Shown: piece after piece, positions 27,762 to 36,046 of the stretch
Layout of the letters: each line of letters begins with the position of its first letter
Position numbering within the stretch: position 1 is the stretch's first letter
From: Erwinia phage pEa_SNUABM_48
Sequence record: MW879340.1
DNA length: 40,000 nucleotides
Direction: 5' to 3' (one strand)
The notes under the pieces: generated by a model
Databases searched by the model: none
What the model was told of the DNA's origin: nothing
Seen by the model: the letters and a program-made list of their open reading frames with translations, nothing else
Made by a program: the position numbers and the translations under genes

Positions 27762-27838
27762 TGACCATTCAACGTGAGTACGATGAACGTGGTAATCCGC
27801 TACCGTTAGATCCACCGGACGAATACGGTAACCGCTAG
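27761..27838 (+). CDS. Possible 25-aa micro-ORF (MTIQREYDERGNPLPLDPPDEYGNR)
   Basis: TAATG coupling to the upstream gene, GGGGG upstream, ends just before the next RBS. Confidence 0.4.
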   Translation: MTIQREYDERGNPLPLDPPDEYGNR

Positions 27839-27846
27839 GAGGCAGG

Positions 27847-28170
27847 ATGTCTGTTCCATTTAATGCTGCGCACTATAAGCGCAAGGGCCGTAAGCGTGAT
27901 GATCCTTTATATCACGGTGATGAGTGTGAACTTCTGTACCATCAGATTGCGGCACTGAAGATCCAGTGTAAGATGTACGCCGATCTCTTGAAAGACGACA
28001 AGTCTAAGAGTAACCGCGATATGTTCCACTGGTTGGTTGCGCAGGTTAAACGCTTTAAGATCCGTTACGAGATGGCATATCTCATGTCGGCTGCACCGGA
28101 GAAACGAGCTTCTGACAACACGCTGCAATGGCGTATTCGCTGGCTAAGGGAAAAAAGTGGCACTGAGTAA
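27847..28170 (+). CDS. hypothetical basic protein
   Basis: 107 aa, RBS TAGGAGG. Confidence 0.8.
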   Translation: MSVPFNAAHYKRKGRKRDDPLYHGDECELLYHQIAALKIQCKMYADLLKDDKSKSNRDMFHWLVAQVKRFKIRYEMAYLMSAAPEKRASDNTLQWRIRWLREKSGTE

Positions 28171-28372
28171 ACGTGGGTTAATCAAACGCTCTAAGTCTTT
28201 CTTTCGTCGTCGCTTTATCCGGATGAATATCACGATTGTTGATCTGTCCGATATAATGCAAATGCCGGTAGGTCCAGTGGCGTACGTGCCTGTAAAAGGA
28301 AGAGGCGCTGAGGGTATAACGGTTGCGCCACGACCACTCGGTATCTCGAAACTGTTTGAAGGCGTATTATAA
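28157..28372 (+). CDS. hypothetical basic protein
   Basis: GTG start, 71 aa, overlaps the previous gene. Confidence 0.65.
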   Translation: MALSKRGLIKRSKSFFRRRFIRMNITIVDLSDIMQMPVGPVAYVPVKGRGAEGITVAPRPLGISKLFEGVL

Positions 28373-28375
28373 ATA

Positions 28376-28400
28376 AGCAGGGGCTTCGGCTCCTGCTTTT
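28376..28400 (+). terminator. Intrinsic terminator with TTCG loop
   Basis: AGCAGGGGC-ttcg-GCTCCTGCT then TTT. Confidence 0.85.
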
Positions 28401-28445
28401 ATGCCGTTTCATTTCTTTTATTTTTTAGTTGCAGATCGTTTCAGA

Positions 28446-28462
28446 CCTACATCACTGCGGTG
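28446..28462 (+). promoter_or_regulatory. Putative early promoter motif
   Basis: CCTACATCAC-TGCG-GTG, with TTGCAGAT..TTTCA upstream (28429). Confidence 0.6.
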
Positions 28463-28496
28463 ATAAGGAAACTTAAACTTAACCTGTGAGGCTATT

Positions 28497-29024
28497 ATGA
28501 AAGACGTTAACTTCCATGTTGAAACCATCAAACGTTCTGTTGATGCACTTGCTCAACTTGACCAAAGTGATAAAGACGCGACAGCAGCAATCATTGAACT
28601 AATGCAACATCCTAACTTCCAAATGTTGTTTAACGTGAAGCTCCAATCAGAGATTATTCATGAACGTGGGTTGTGTGAATTAATCGGGTTGAAGCGTGGG
28701 GCGTTGGAGATTGCCGATCATGTATTCCAGTATCGTGACGATTGGCGCATGAGTAAGATGGGTGACTTCTATGTTGATACCTATTCTTCCCAATTCCGTC
28801 AAGGCATCCCGGTTCCTATCTTTGTCTTCAGCGTTATGGAACCTGGCGATAGCTTGGACTTAGCTAAAGGCGTCGAGTCTTGCGTGGTTGGTATTATGAA
28901 ACCAGGCGAAGATATTGTTTATAAAGTTCAGTTTGCCATCAACGGCGACATGTCCGCCAAAACTATGGTCGATATCCTGGCCAGACTTGCACCGGACTTT
29001 AAAGTGTTCGCTACAAAACTGTAA
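28497..29024 (+). CDS. hypothetical protein
   Basis: 175 aa; ACCTGTGAGG leader. Confidence 0.85.
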   Translation: MKDVNFHVETIKRSVDALAQLDQSDKDATAAIIELMQHPNFQMLFNVKLQSEIIHERGLCELIGLKRGALEIADHVFQYRDDWRMSKMGDFYVDTYSSQFRQGIPVPIFVFSVMEPGDSLDLAKGVESCVVGIMKPGEDIVYKVQFAINGDMSAKTMVDILARLAPDFKVFATKL

Positions 29025-29049
29025 AATTTAAGTTGCAGATTTTTTCAAG

Positions 29050-29066
29050 TCTATATAACTAAGGTG
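29050..29066 (+). promoter_or_regulatory. Putative early promoter motif
   Basis: TCTATATAAC-TAAG-GTG, with TTGCAGAT..TTTCA upstream (29033). Confidence 0.6.
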
Positions 29067-29119
29067 AATAAGAGCAATAAACATTGTTCACCTAACCCAT
29101 AACCTGTGAGGATTCACCC

Positions 29120-29335
29120 ATGTCGAACACTAAACTGATCGTAGCAGCTGTAACCGGTATCTCTCTGATTGGCGCTGGCCTGGTAGTTCGTGCTAAGAAG
29201 CTGAAAGCGAAACACGCCGAAGCCTCTGCTGAACTGAAAGAAAAAGCAGTCGATGCAGTAGCAGCTAACAAAGAAGCTCAGCCGGTTCAGCCTTCTAGCG
29301 AACAACCGCTGGAAGCAATGAACAACGCTCAGTAA
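29120..29335 (+). CDS. Small membrane protein (one predicted TM)
   Basis: LIVAAVTGISLIGAGLVV then charged Ala/Lys/Glu-rich tail; ACCTGTGAGG leader. Confidence 0.75.
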   Translation: MSNTKLIVAAVTGISLIGAGLVVRAKKLKAKHAEASAELKEKAVDAVAANKEAQPVQPSSEQPLEAMNNAQ

Positions 29336-29409
29336 TCTCCCGCAGTAAACCGAATCTTTTGTAGTACACACCAAACCATACTTAATCCCAATACTCGTAA
29401 GGAACTACC

Positions 29410-29667
29410 ATGAAAACTACTAACACCACTGCAAACACCGTTGAAGTAAATGGCCAGATCGAAGTTGTTACCGTTTCTTCAGCAATGAAGAAAATGAAGA
29501 AAACTGCGCTGGTCACCACAGCCCTGGCTGCTCTGGGTGTAGCTGGTTGGTATGGCTTCAAGCTGTATCAGCAAGGTAAAAGCGTCGTTGACGTAGTAAC
29601 CGAAACCACTGGCGAAGCTGCCAGTGAAGAATCTGCACCAGCCGCTGAACCAGCAGCTGCGAACTAA
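29410..29667 (+). CDS. Small membrane protein (one predicted TM)
   Basis: TALVTTALAALGVAGWYGFKL; Ala/Glu/Pro-rich tail. Confidence 0.75.
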   Translation: MKTTNTTANTVEVNGQIEVVTVSSAMKKMKKTALVTTALAALGVAGWYGFKLYQQGKSVVDVVTETTGEAASEESAPAAEPAAAN

Positions 29668-29728
29668 ACAAACCCCTAGGGCTCTTCGGAGCCCGACCTT
29701 TTAGACCTTGACCTGTGAGATATCTACC

Positions 29729-30187
29729 ATGACTACTTTCTTTGACGACTACTTCTGGGCTATCCTGACTGTTCTGCTGATGACCATCGCACTGATGTGT
29801 TCTTTCTTCTATAGCACAACAAATCGTCACGCACATCGTGCGGCCTTAGCCTGGATCGGCAATGAGTTAAGTCTGGTAGATTATCACTACCAGGCCAACT
29901 TACGTACTTGCATGCGGAACCTTGATAAGGAACTGAATTTTGGACGCAGTGAGTTATACGTCCAGAACATCCGCAACGACGTCAAGTTAGTTAACGATGC
30001 CGAATCTGATTTATTAACCAGCCGTCAGCAGCTTATCCTGCTTGACTCGCTGTTGGGTACAAAAACAAAAACTCACCATACCCGCAAAATCACCAAGACC
30101 CGCACCGTGAAAGATATCGTTGAGATCGCCGTAAACCACGTGCGTGACAATAACGTATCAATCGCACCGCGTGCCTTGTTCAGTTGA
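29729..30187 (+). CDS. Small membrane protein (N-terminal TM)
   Basis: MTTFFDDYFWAILTVLLMTIALMCSFFY; ACCTGTGAGA leader upstream. Confidence 0.75.
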   Translation: MTTFFDDYFWAILTVLLMTIALMCSFFYSTTNRHAHRAALAWIGNELSLVDYHYQANLRTCMRNLDKELNFGRSELYVQNIRNDVKLVNDAESDLLTSRQQLILLDSLLGTKTKTHHTRKITKTRTVKDIVEIAVNHVRDNNVSIAPRALFS

Positions 30188-30198
30188 TGTTGCTGATT

Positions 30199-30249
30199 GT
30201 CCGCCGTGTGCGGACAAGCCCGGTTGTTCCCCCGGGCTTTTTTTTTTTT
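30199..30249 (+). terminator. Intrinsic terminator, two stacked hairpins
   Basis: GTCCGC/GCGGAC then AGCCCGG/CCGGGCT and a T12 tract. Confidence 0.85.
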
Positions 30250-30288
30250 GGTTTATCTCTATGTAGAACCAGTATAGAGGAACCATAG

Positions 30289-30696
30289 ATGGCCGCTAAA
30301 AAGGTAGTTGGTACGATGTCCACCGATGGCTGGGTCGTTGGGGTAAAGCAACGCATTGACCGTTTGTTTGCGTATTGGCTGGCAAACCAGAAATCCCAGT
30401 CCTACTTGTGCCGTGACAGTATCGCATCATTCCAGTACGATATCCAGCAACACACTGATAACCCGGAAGCCTTAGCCGCTACTGCGGGACGTAACTTGCA
30501 GACCTACCTGGAAGGTCACTTTGATGCAGTTACTGTGGTGGCCCAGATTAAATTCCCAGCGGGTCAACCGAACACCACTTTCTACCAGTTGGAATTCGAC
30601 ATTAAGTTACGTGAAGGCGACATCGGTTATGATGTTGGTCGTACCTTGGTCGAAGTAAACAACGGTGTCTTCAAGCAAATCGTTAAAGGTCAATAA
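30289..30696 (+). CDS. hypothetical protein
   Basis: 135 aa ORF. Confidence 0.85.
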   Translation: MAAKKVVGTMSTDGWVVGVKQRIDRLFAYWLANQKSQSYLCRDSIASFQYDIQQHTDNPEALAATAGRNLQTYLEGHFDAVTVVAQIKFPAGQPNTTFYQLEFDIKLREGDIGYDVGRTLVEVNNGVFKQIVKGQ

Positions 30697-30698
30697 TC

Positions 30699-31316
30699 AT
30701 GACAGCTGAAATGAGTCAGTTTGATATCAACAAGATGCACCACGAAACCGGAAGCCGTGCAGAAGAAAAGATTGCGCGTGCGTTCCAGGGTTACCAAAAC
30801 CCACAAATCCAGGAGCACGTCTTTACGTCGTTGTTCCTGCCGATGTTTGTAGGCGGTGGTCCGTTCATGAACGTGGATGCCTGGCGCGGTTACGCCGGTT
30901 CTTTGAACAATGAAGTCGATGTGTTCCGTGGAACCGAATACCTGTACACCATTCCACCCATCCAGCTGGAAACCCGTTCAGTGATTTCCCAGCGTTCAGA
31001 AGGCGGTGGTCAAGGGTCTACGTTGAACGGTGCGTTGATTAACCGCGTACACAACCCAGCCGATCCAGAGATCTTCCAGCTGGTGAACAGTCAGGTGGCG
31101 CAAGCTGAAGACATGGTCATCGACAAGAGCGCTGAATACATGGTACGTTGGGATGAGATCTTCCAGCGTTACGGCATCGACTACAAAGAAGTGCGTAAAG
31201 AGGTTGGTCGGATTCGATTTGGCATTGATGTAAAAGACGACATTAATGACCCATCATCTAAGAAGAACCAGGATGAGGAGATTGAATTCGGTGACAGCGG
31301 AGACTTTACGTACTAA
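30699..31316 (+). CDS. hypothetical protein
   Basis: 205 aa ORF. Confidence 0.85.
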   Translation: MTAEMSQFDINKMHHETGSRAEEKIARAFQGYQNPQIQEHVFTSLFLPMFVGGGPFMNVDAWRGYAGSLNNEVDVFRGTEYLYTIPPIQLETRSVISQRSEGGGQGSTLNGALINRVHNPADPEIFQLVNSQVAQAEDMVIDKSAEYMVRWDEIFQRYGIDYKEVRKEVGRIRFGIDVKDDINDPSSKKNQDEEIEFGDSGDFTY

Positions 31317-31335
31317 AACCCCCAATCGAATTCGA

Positions 31336-32433
31336 ATGATCCAAACCGGCGATATCCATTTAGTGCACGGCCGCACACCTACCTGGAACGTTATCCGTAC
31401 CTTGAATTACATGTTCTACGAAAACGAATCATTACGTGACGTGGACATTGTGGTTTTAGCCGGTGACGTATGGGACTCGTTAACGACGATGTCACACGGT
31501 GATGCTGAGCTGTCGCGTCAGTGGATTCGCCGTTTTGTTGAAGACTGCGCAGCTAACGACGTTATCCTGCGGGTTATGGAAGGTACACCTGACCATGACC
31601 GTAAACAGTCAAGCGAATTCGTATTACATGAAACCACCTGCGACGTTAAGCACATCACTGAGCTGTGTGTGGAATTCATTGAACGTTTGGGCCTATGGTT
31701 CTTGTGGGTGCCAGATGAGATTCGTATTAACCACGAAGAGATCTGGAATGCCACTTGTGCCGTGATGGCTGAAGCTGGATTAGAGAAGGTTCACTTTGCG
31801 ATTATGCACGGTGCTTTCGATTTCCACTTCCCGCCGGGAATGAACATTCCTGCTCACGATACCACACGTTACAGTTCGTTGGTAGAATACGCGGTGTTGG
31901 TTAACCATATCCACAAAGCTGCACACCGTGAAAAAGTGTGGGGTCCTGGTTCACCAGATCGCTTAGCGCATAACGAAGAAGGTCCGAAAGGCTATCACCG
32001 TATCACTGTGATTCCCGACACCCGCATGGAGCTGCAATGGATTGAGAATCCACATGCATGGACGTACCGTGCCATTAACGTACGTGGTAAGTCATTGGAA
32101 GAGATTGTTCCATTGGCGCGTGAAATTGCTGCGCCTTTACCACACGGGGCCTGGGTGCGTTTAGATTTTGGCGACCCGACAATTATGTCTGGTGCATTAG
32201 TCACATTGCGTGCTGAGATTCCTCACGTCCAGTGGGAAATCAAGAACGAGAAGAAGAAAGGCGTGGTGGCAGACAAGACCGTCTATCGTCAAGAACGTTA
32301 TACCGGTGTACAGGTTACCCGTGATAATGCGCTGAACGTACTGATTGGTTGGCTACAACACAAAGAGCTACTTGCGCCTGAACAACAGCCTATGCTGGAA
32401 CGTCTCGTTGATACAGCGAATCAGGAGATCTAA
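31336..32433 (+). CDS. SbcD/Mre11-like (calcineurin-type) nuclease subunit
   Basis: MIQTGDIHL, VVLAGDVWD, EGTPDHD (GNHD-like), IMHGAFD, VNHIHK (GHxH-like). Start could be slightly further upstream (GTG). Confidence 0.8.
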   Translation: MIQTGDIHLVHGRTPTWNVIRTLNYMFYENESLRDVDIVVLAGDVWDSLTTMSHGDAELSRQWIRRFVEDCAANDVILRVMEGTPDHDRKQSSEFVLHETTCDVKHITELCVEFIERLGLWFLWVPDEIRINHEEIWNATCAVMAEAGLEKVHFAIMHGAFDFHFPPGMNIPAHDTTRYSSLVEYAVLVNHIHKAAHREKVWGPGSPDRLAHNEEGPKGYHRITVIPDTRMELQWIENPHAWTYRAINVRGKSLEEIVPLAREIAAPLPHGAWVRLDFGDPTIMSGALVTLRAEIPHVQWEIKNEKKKGVVADKTVYRQERYTGVQVTRDNALNVLIGWLQHKELLAPEQQPMLERLVDTANQEI

Positions 32434-32435
32434 CC

Positions 32436-33236
32436 ATGGAACAACGTACGATCGGGATGCTACCTATCTCGGTAGGTACGTCGTTGGCTTTCGAGTCCAT
32501 GATTGCAACACCGATTAAAAAGATCGACAGCCTGATGATCAATGTTGGAACCATCTTTCGTAATGCGTACCAGGCATACGAGACCAAGGTGCGTTCCAGC
32601 TTAACCGCAGATCAGTTGTATCAGGATGTGCTTCAGGATTTAGGTGGCATCTATGAAGTGCTCAACAGGCTCAGTAAAGACAAGACGCCAAACATGGTGG
32701 CTTACTACTGTAGCTACGCCGGATTAGCAAAACGCTTTACCCTGGCAAAGATCTGGAAACCGGAAACGAAGATCCAGCTGCATTATGCATCGCTGGAAGA
32801 CCAGGTGTTAAAACGATTGTTGAGTCAGCTGCGCGGTCATATTCGAATTTGTGACCACACGATGCCCAACGGGATACGTAATACTTATGTACTCACGCAC
32901 CACATCGTTGATCTTGTTGTGCCATCCGGTTACGGTGATATCACGTTAATCGAATCTCACACTGCTGCATTAAAAGAGCGGGGTGAGTGGCAAACCAAAT
33001 TGACAGGCGGTAGTAAATTCGAACGTATTCCCTTTAATCCTTTGACGTTACAAGTCTTTGGTGATAACTCGACGAATTTTAAAGCTAACGACTTCAAGTA
33101 CAAAGTGGCGATTCACGAGTTAGCGGAGAAGTATGAATGGACTCCGATGACTTCCGATGAACGCGTCAAATTAGGAATCGCAAGCGTGCAGGATGCTGAC
33201 CTGCGCGCCAATCTTTCACAGATGCTTAACGCATAA
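32436..33236 (+). CDS. hypothetical protein
   Basis: 266 aa ORF between the SbcD-like and SSB-like genes. Confidence 0.85.
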   Translation: MEQRTIGMLPISVGTSLAFESMIATPIKKIDSLMINVGTIFRNAYQAYETKVRSSLTADQLYQDVLQDLGGIYEVLNRLSKDKTPNMVAYYCSYAGLAKRFTLAKIWKPETKIQLHYASLEDQVLKRLLSQLRGHIRICDHTMPNGIRNTYVLTHHIVDLVVPSGYGDITLIESHTAALKERGEWQTKLTGGSKFERIPFNPLTLQVFGDNSTNFKANDFKYKVAIHELAEKYEWTPMTSDERVKLGIASVQDADLRANLSQMLNA

Positions 33237-33249
33237 CAGGAGTATTACA

Positions 33250-33981
33250 ATGGCACGTCCACAATTCACCCCACGTGAGAAGTCCTTTCTGAACGACTGG
33301 AACACCTGCATGAAGGGTCCTGTTCAGAACGGTGCCCAGCATCCATCTGAATTCCGTATGGTCATGGCTGGTAACAACGTGGCTATCCAGGTTGAATCCA
33401 AACTGCGTGACGCGAAGAACTACGGCCGCTTTGAAGTGAAAACTTCTTACATGTCGGCGGTTGGTGTGCTGATGGCGATTGACCGTCTGCTGAAAGACCC
33501 GAACAAGTCTAAGCTGTCTTACAGCATGAAAGACTTTATCTTCTTCGGTCCGGGTAAGAAATCTGACAACCCGATGGAAAAAGGTAAGATCACCATCGGC
33601 CGTGACAACGAAGGCTGCGTCTACATGGGCCTGTCTGGTAAAGACATCACCCCGATCAAATTCGTGTTTGCTCTGTCCATGTTCGATGAACTGTGTGACG
33701 ACCAGGGTAATCGCGTTGGCGGTGCCGAAGAATCTGAATTCGCAGCAGCGGTGTTCGTTGAATCGTATCGCGGTCTGTTGCCGGTAATCGCAACCATGTA
33801 CTACAAAGAGCCTGAGAAGAAAGAAGGCGGTGGTCAGGGCGGTAACGGCGGCAATGGCGGTGGCGGTTACGGCGGTGGTAATAATGGTGGTAACCGTGGC
33901 GGTAATGGTGGTGGCTACGGTGGTGGTAATAACGGCGGCGGTAACTCCGGCGGTGGCTTCGACAGCGACATTCCGTTCTAA
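33250..33981 (+). CDS. SSB-like protein (Gly-rich linker, acidic DSDIPF tip)
   Basis: C-terminus ...GGGYGGGNNGGGNSGGGFDSDIPF; RBS AGGAG; N-terminal domain not obviously canonical bacterial SSB. Confidence 0.65.
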   Translation: MARPQFTPREKSFLNDWNTCMKGPVQNGAQHPSEFRMVMAGNNVAIQVESKLRDAKNYGRFEVKTSYMSAVGVLMAIDRLLKDPNKSKLSYSMKDFIFFGPGKKSDNPMEKGKITIGRDNEGCVYMGLSGKDITPIKFVFALSMFDELCDDQGNRVGGAEESEFAAAVFVESYRGLLPVIATMYYKEPEKKEGGGQGGNGGNGGGGYGGGNNGGNRGGNGGGYGGGNNGGGNSGGGFDSDIPF

Positions 33982-34007
33982 TAACAACAAACGCAGTATC
34001 ACTTTAG

Positions 34008-34031
34008 CAGGAGGGCTTCGGTCCTCCTGTT
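34008..34031 (+). terminator. Hairpin with TTCG loop, weak terminator
   Basis: CAGGAGGGC-ttcg-GTCCTCCTG then TT. Confidence 0.65.
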
Positions 34032-34052
34032 ATACCGACTGGAGCTAAAAAC

Positions 34053-34322
34053 ATGTTACCTCTGTTTCAATGTTTAAAGAAAGTTCGTGCCGGCAAGATT
34101 ACCATGATCACCAACAATGATAAAGGTACCATTAAGTTGGACCTGTATGTTGGTGAAGGTCAACCACTTGCAACGCAAGAAGTTACGCCAGGTTATATGG
34201 CGCAGCATCGCCCGGAGATCGGTGGATACTTCGTGCAGTACGGTAGCGGTTACGAGACCTATTCCCCGGGTAAAGAGTTCGAGGAAGGTTACATCGAACT
34301 GCCTGCGGTTGTACCGTTCTAA
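34053..34322 (+). CDS. hypothetical protein
   Basis: 89 aa, RBS TGGAG. Confidence 0.75.
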   Translation: MLPLFQCLKKVRAGKITMITNNDKGTIKLDLYVGEGQPLATQEVTPGYMAQHRPEIGGYFVQYGSGYETYSPGKEFEEGYIELPAVVPF

Positions 34323-34327
34323 TACGT

Positions 34328-34352
34328 AGCCAGGGGTAATTCCCTGGCTCTT
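34328..34352 (+). terminator. Intrinsic terminator-like hairpin
   Basis: AGCCAGGG...CCCTGGCT. Confidence 0.6.
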
Positions 34353-34446
34353 ATGCCGCTCGTACCAGGGGTCTCCGTATTTCCTGACATATTCCGTACA
34401 CTCTATAAGTGACCGTATCATCGACAGTAATCAATGTTTTTTAAAG

Positions 34447-34463
34447 CCTACATTACTAATGTG
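34447..34463 (+). promoter_or_regulatory. Putative early promoter motif
   Basis: CCTACATTAC-TAAT-GTG. Confidence 0.6.
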
Positions 34464-34489
34464 TGTAGTGTAAATAAAGGACCCGTGAG

Positions 34490-36025
34490 ATGCATCTAAG
34501 CTATACAAGTAAACCATCGACGACAGATATTTATCTGGCGAACATTCTGGTTAACCATAATGGTGAAGTCATTACGTTTAATCAGGACGCGTTCTTTAAG
34601 TCGGCGCAAAAAGACCACAACGGGACGTTCGATGAACTGAATGGCTATATTGCTGCTTATCTGAATCAAGATCAGCAAGCCCACATGTTCAGCGTGTATA
34701 AGCGCATCCGTTATGTGTTGGATACTGAGCAACCCACACCGAAAGTATTGCTGCCGTTGTTACAGCCGTTAGTCAAAGAGCTGTATTCGTTGGTCAACAT
34801 CAACGACGTTAACCTGTATATGTACAACAACAAGTTAACCCACGTGCCAGCCGCAATACCGGATGTGATTTCACAAACGAAGGAGTATTCAAACGCCACC
34901 ACTTACGTGAAGGCAGATTACGTACGTCTGGTGAACTTAGCGGTGCTGTATCACTTGATGGCACCGGTGATCGCCGATTACGTAAACGCCGTAAGCGAAG
35001 TGACCGGCAAGCAGTTCAAAGAGTCTGCTGCGTTGGCGCTGTTCCAATATGCGGACATCATGTACAGCGAAGAGATGGTAAAGCTCAAGCGGTATGTGGA
35101 AGCGCATTGTGAAAAGAAACCGGTTCCGTTATCAGCAACGTTAGCAGGTTTATCAGAAGAGAACTTCCCAAACTGGATGCTGGCGTCTGTGATCGCACGT
35201 CGTTTGTGTATCAACCACGTACGTCGTGGTGATGACAGCGGACATCTGGTGGCACAGGTCTACATGCACATTCAGTTTAACATTAAGCTGGATGGGAAGT
35301 TTGGTGGCGGGGTCATGGCGAAGTCAGGTCGTCATGTGGCTGGTGATGATGAGCAAGAAAAGCCCGTTATCGAAAGCTGGAAGACCAAGCAGGAAATCTA
35401 CGAAACAGACATCATCATCTGTGAAGACGGTTTCCGTGACATCTACTTCGCAGCGTCGTTCTGTTGTCCGGATGTTCCAAAGGCTACGTTGGATGCGTGT
35501 ATTAAAGCGATTCCGACGAGCTGGGACTTTGAGATGACCGACCACCAGGCCATGCTGATGCAGTGGGTTGGTGCAAAGTTTGTCAGTCCGAATGCAGTGC
35601 CGTATTTCGGGTATACTACGGACATGGCGTTGTTAGCAATTACGCAAGCAGCACTGTGGCATCGTGGGTTCGTACAGTTGGCCGCAATAGCCGGGACTTA
35701 TCGCACAGATGTTAGAAGCGAAGAGTTACCCGTGCCGCAGCTTGCGCTGACGCAAAACATCAAGATGGAACTGGAGAAGATGTACAATATCCAGCTGGAC
35801 AAACGTCAAGGTACTAACGATGGCTTAGTTCATCGCACCCTTGAACTGTTTACCAATTCCGTCATGATCGGTACGTACAAAGTAGTTGGTCCAGATCAAC
35901 TGCTGGCGGATTCACAAGTAGTGGACTACGACCGTTATCTGGTCGTGCCTAATAACCTTAACTTCCTGTTAGCTGACTTGATTCGTCATGTTGCACAGGA
36001 AGGTCAGATTGCTACAACAAATTAA
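34490..36025 (+). CDS. Large hypothetical protein; candidate phiKZ gp68-like nvRNAP accessory subunit
   Basis: 511 aa, early-type motif upstream; size and gene order only for the gp68 suggestion. CDS itself is certain. Confidence 0.3.
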   Translation: MHLSYTSKPSTTDIYLANILVNHNGEVITFNQDAFFKSAQKDHNGTFDELNGYIAAYLNQDQQAHMFSVYKRIRYVLDTEQPTPKVLLPLLQPLVKELYSLVNINDVNLYMYNNKLTHVPAAIPDVISQTKEYSNATTYVKADYVRLVNLAVLYHLMAPVIADYVNAVSEVTGKQFKESAALALFQYADIMYSEEMVKLKRYVEAHCEKKPVPLSATLAGLSEENFPNWMLASVIARRLCINHVRRGDDSGHLVAQVYMHIQFNIKLDGKFGGGVMAKSGRHVAGDDEQEKPVIESWKTKQEIYETDIIICEDGFRDIYFAASFCCPDVPKATLDACIKAIPTSWDFEMTDHQAMLMQWVGAKFVSPNAVPYFGYTTDMALLAITQAALWHRGFVQLAAIAGTYRTDVRSEELPVPQLALTQNIKMELEKMYNIQLDKRQGTNDGLVHRTLELFTNSVMIGTYKVVGPDQLLADSQVVDYDRYLVVPNNLNFLLADLIRHVAQEGQIATTN

Positions 36026-36046
36026 CTTGTAAGGGGAGCGTAAAAA

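Noticed and set aside
33226-34002. 258-aa and overlapping reverse/alternate ORFs over the SSB-like gene
   Set aside because: The Gly-rich linker codes as VTAVT/ITAAT repeats on the other strand or frame; no RBS.
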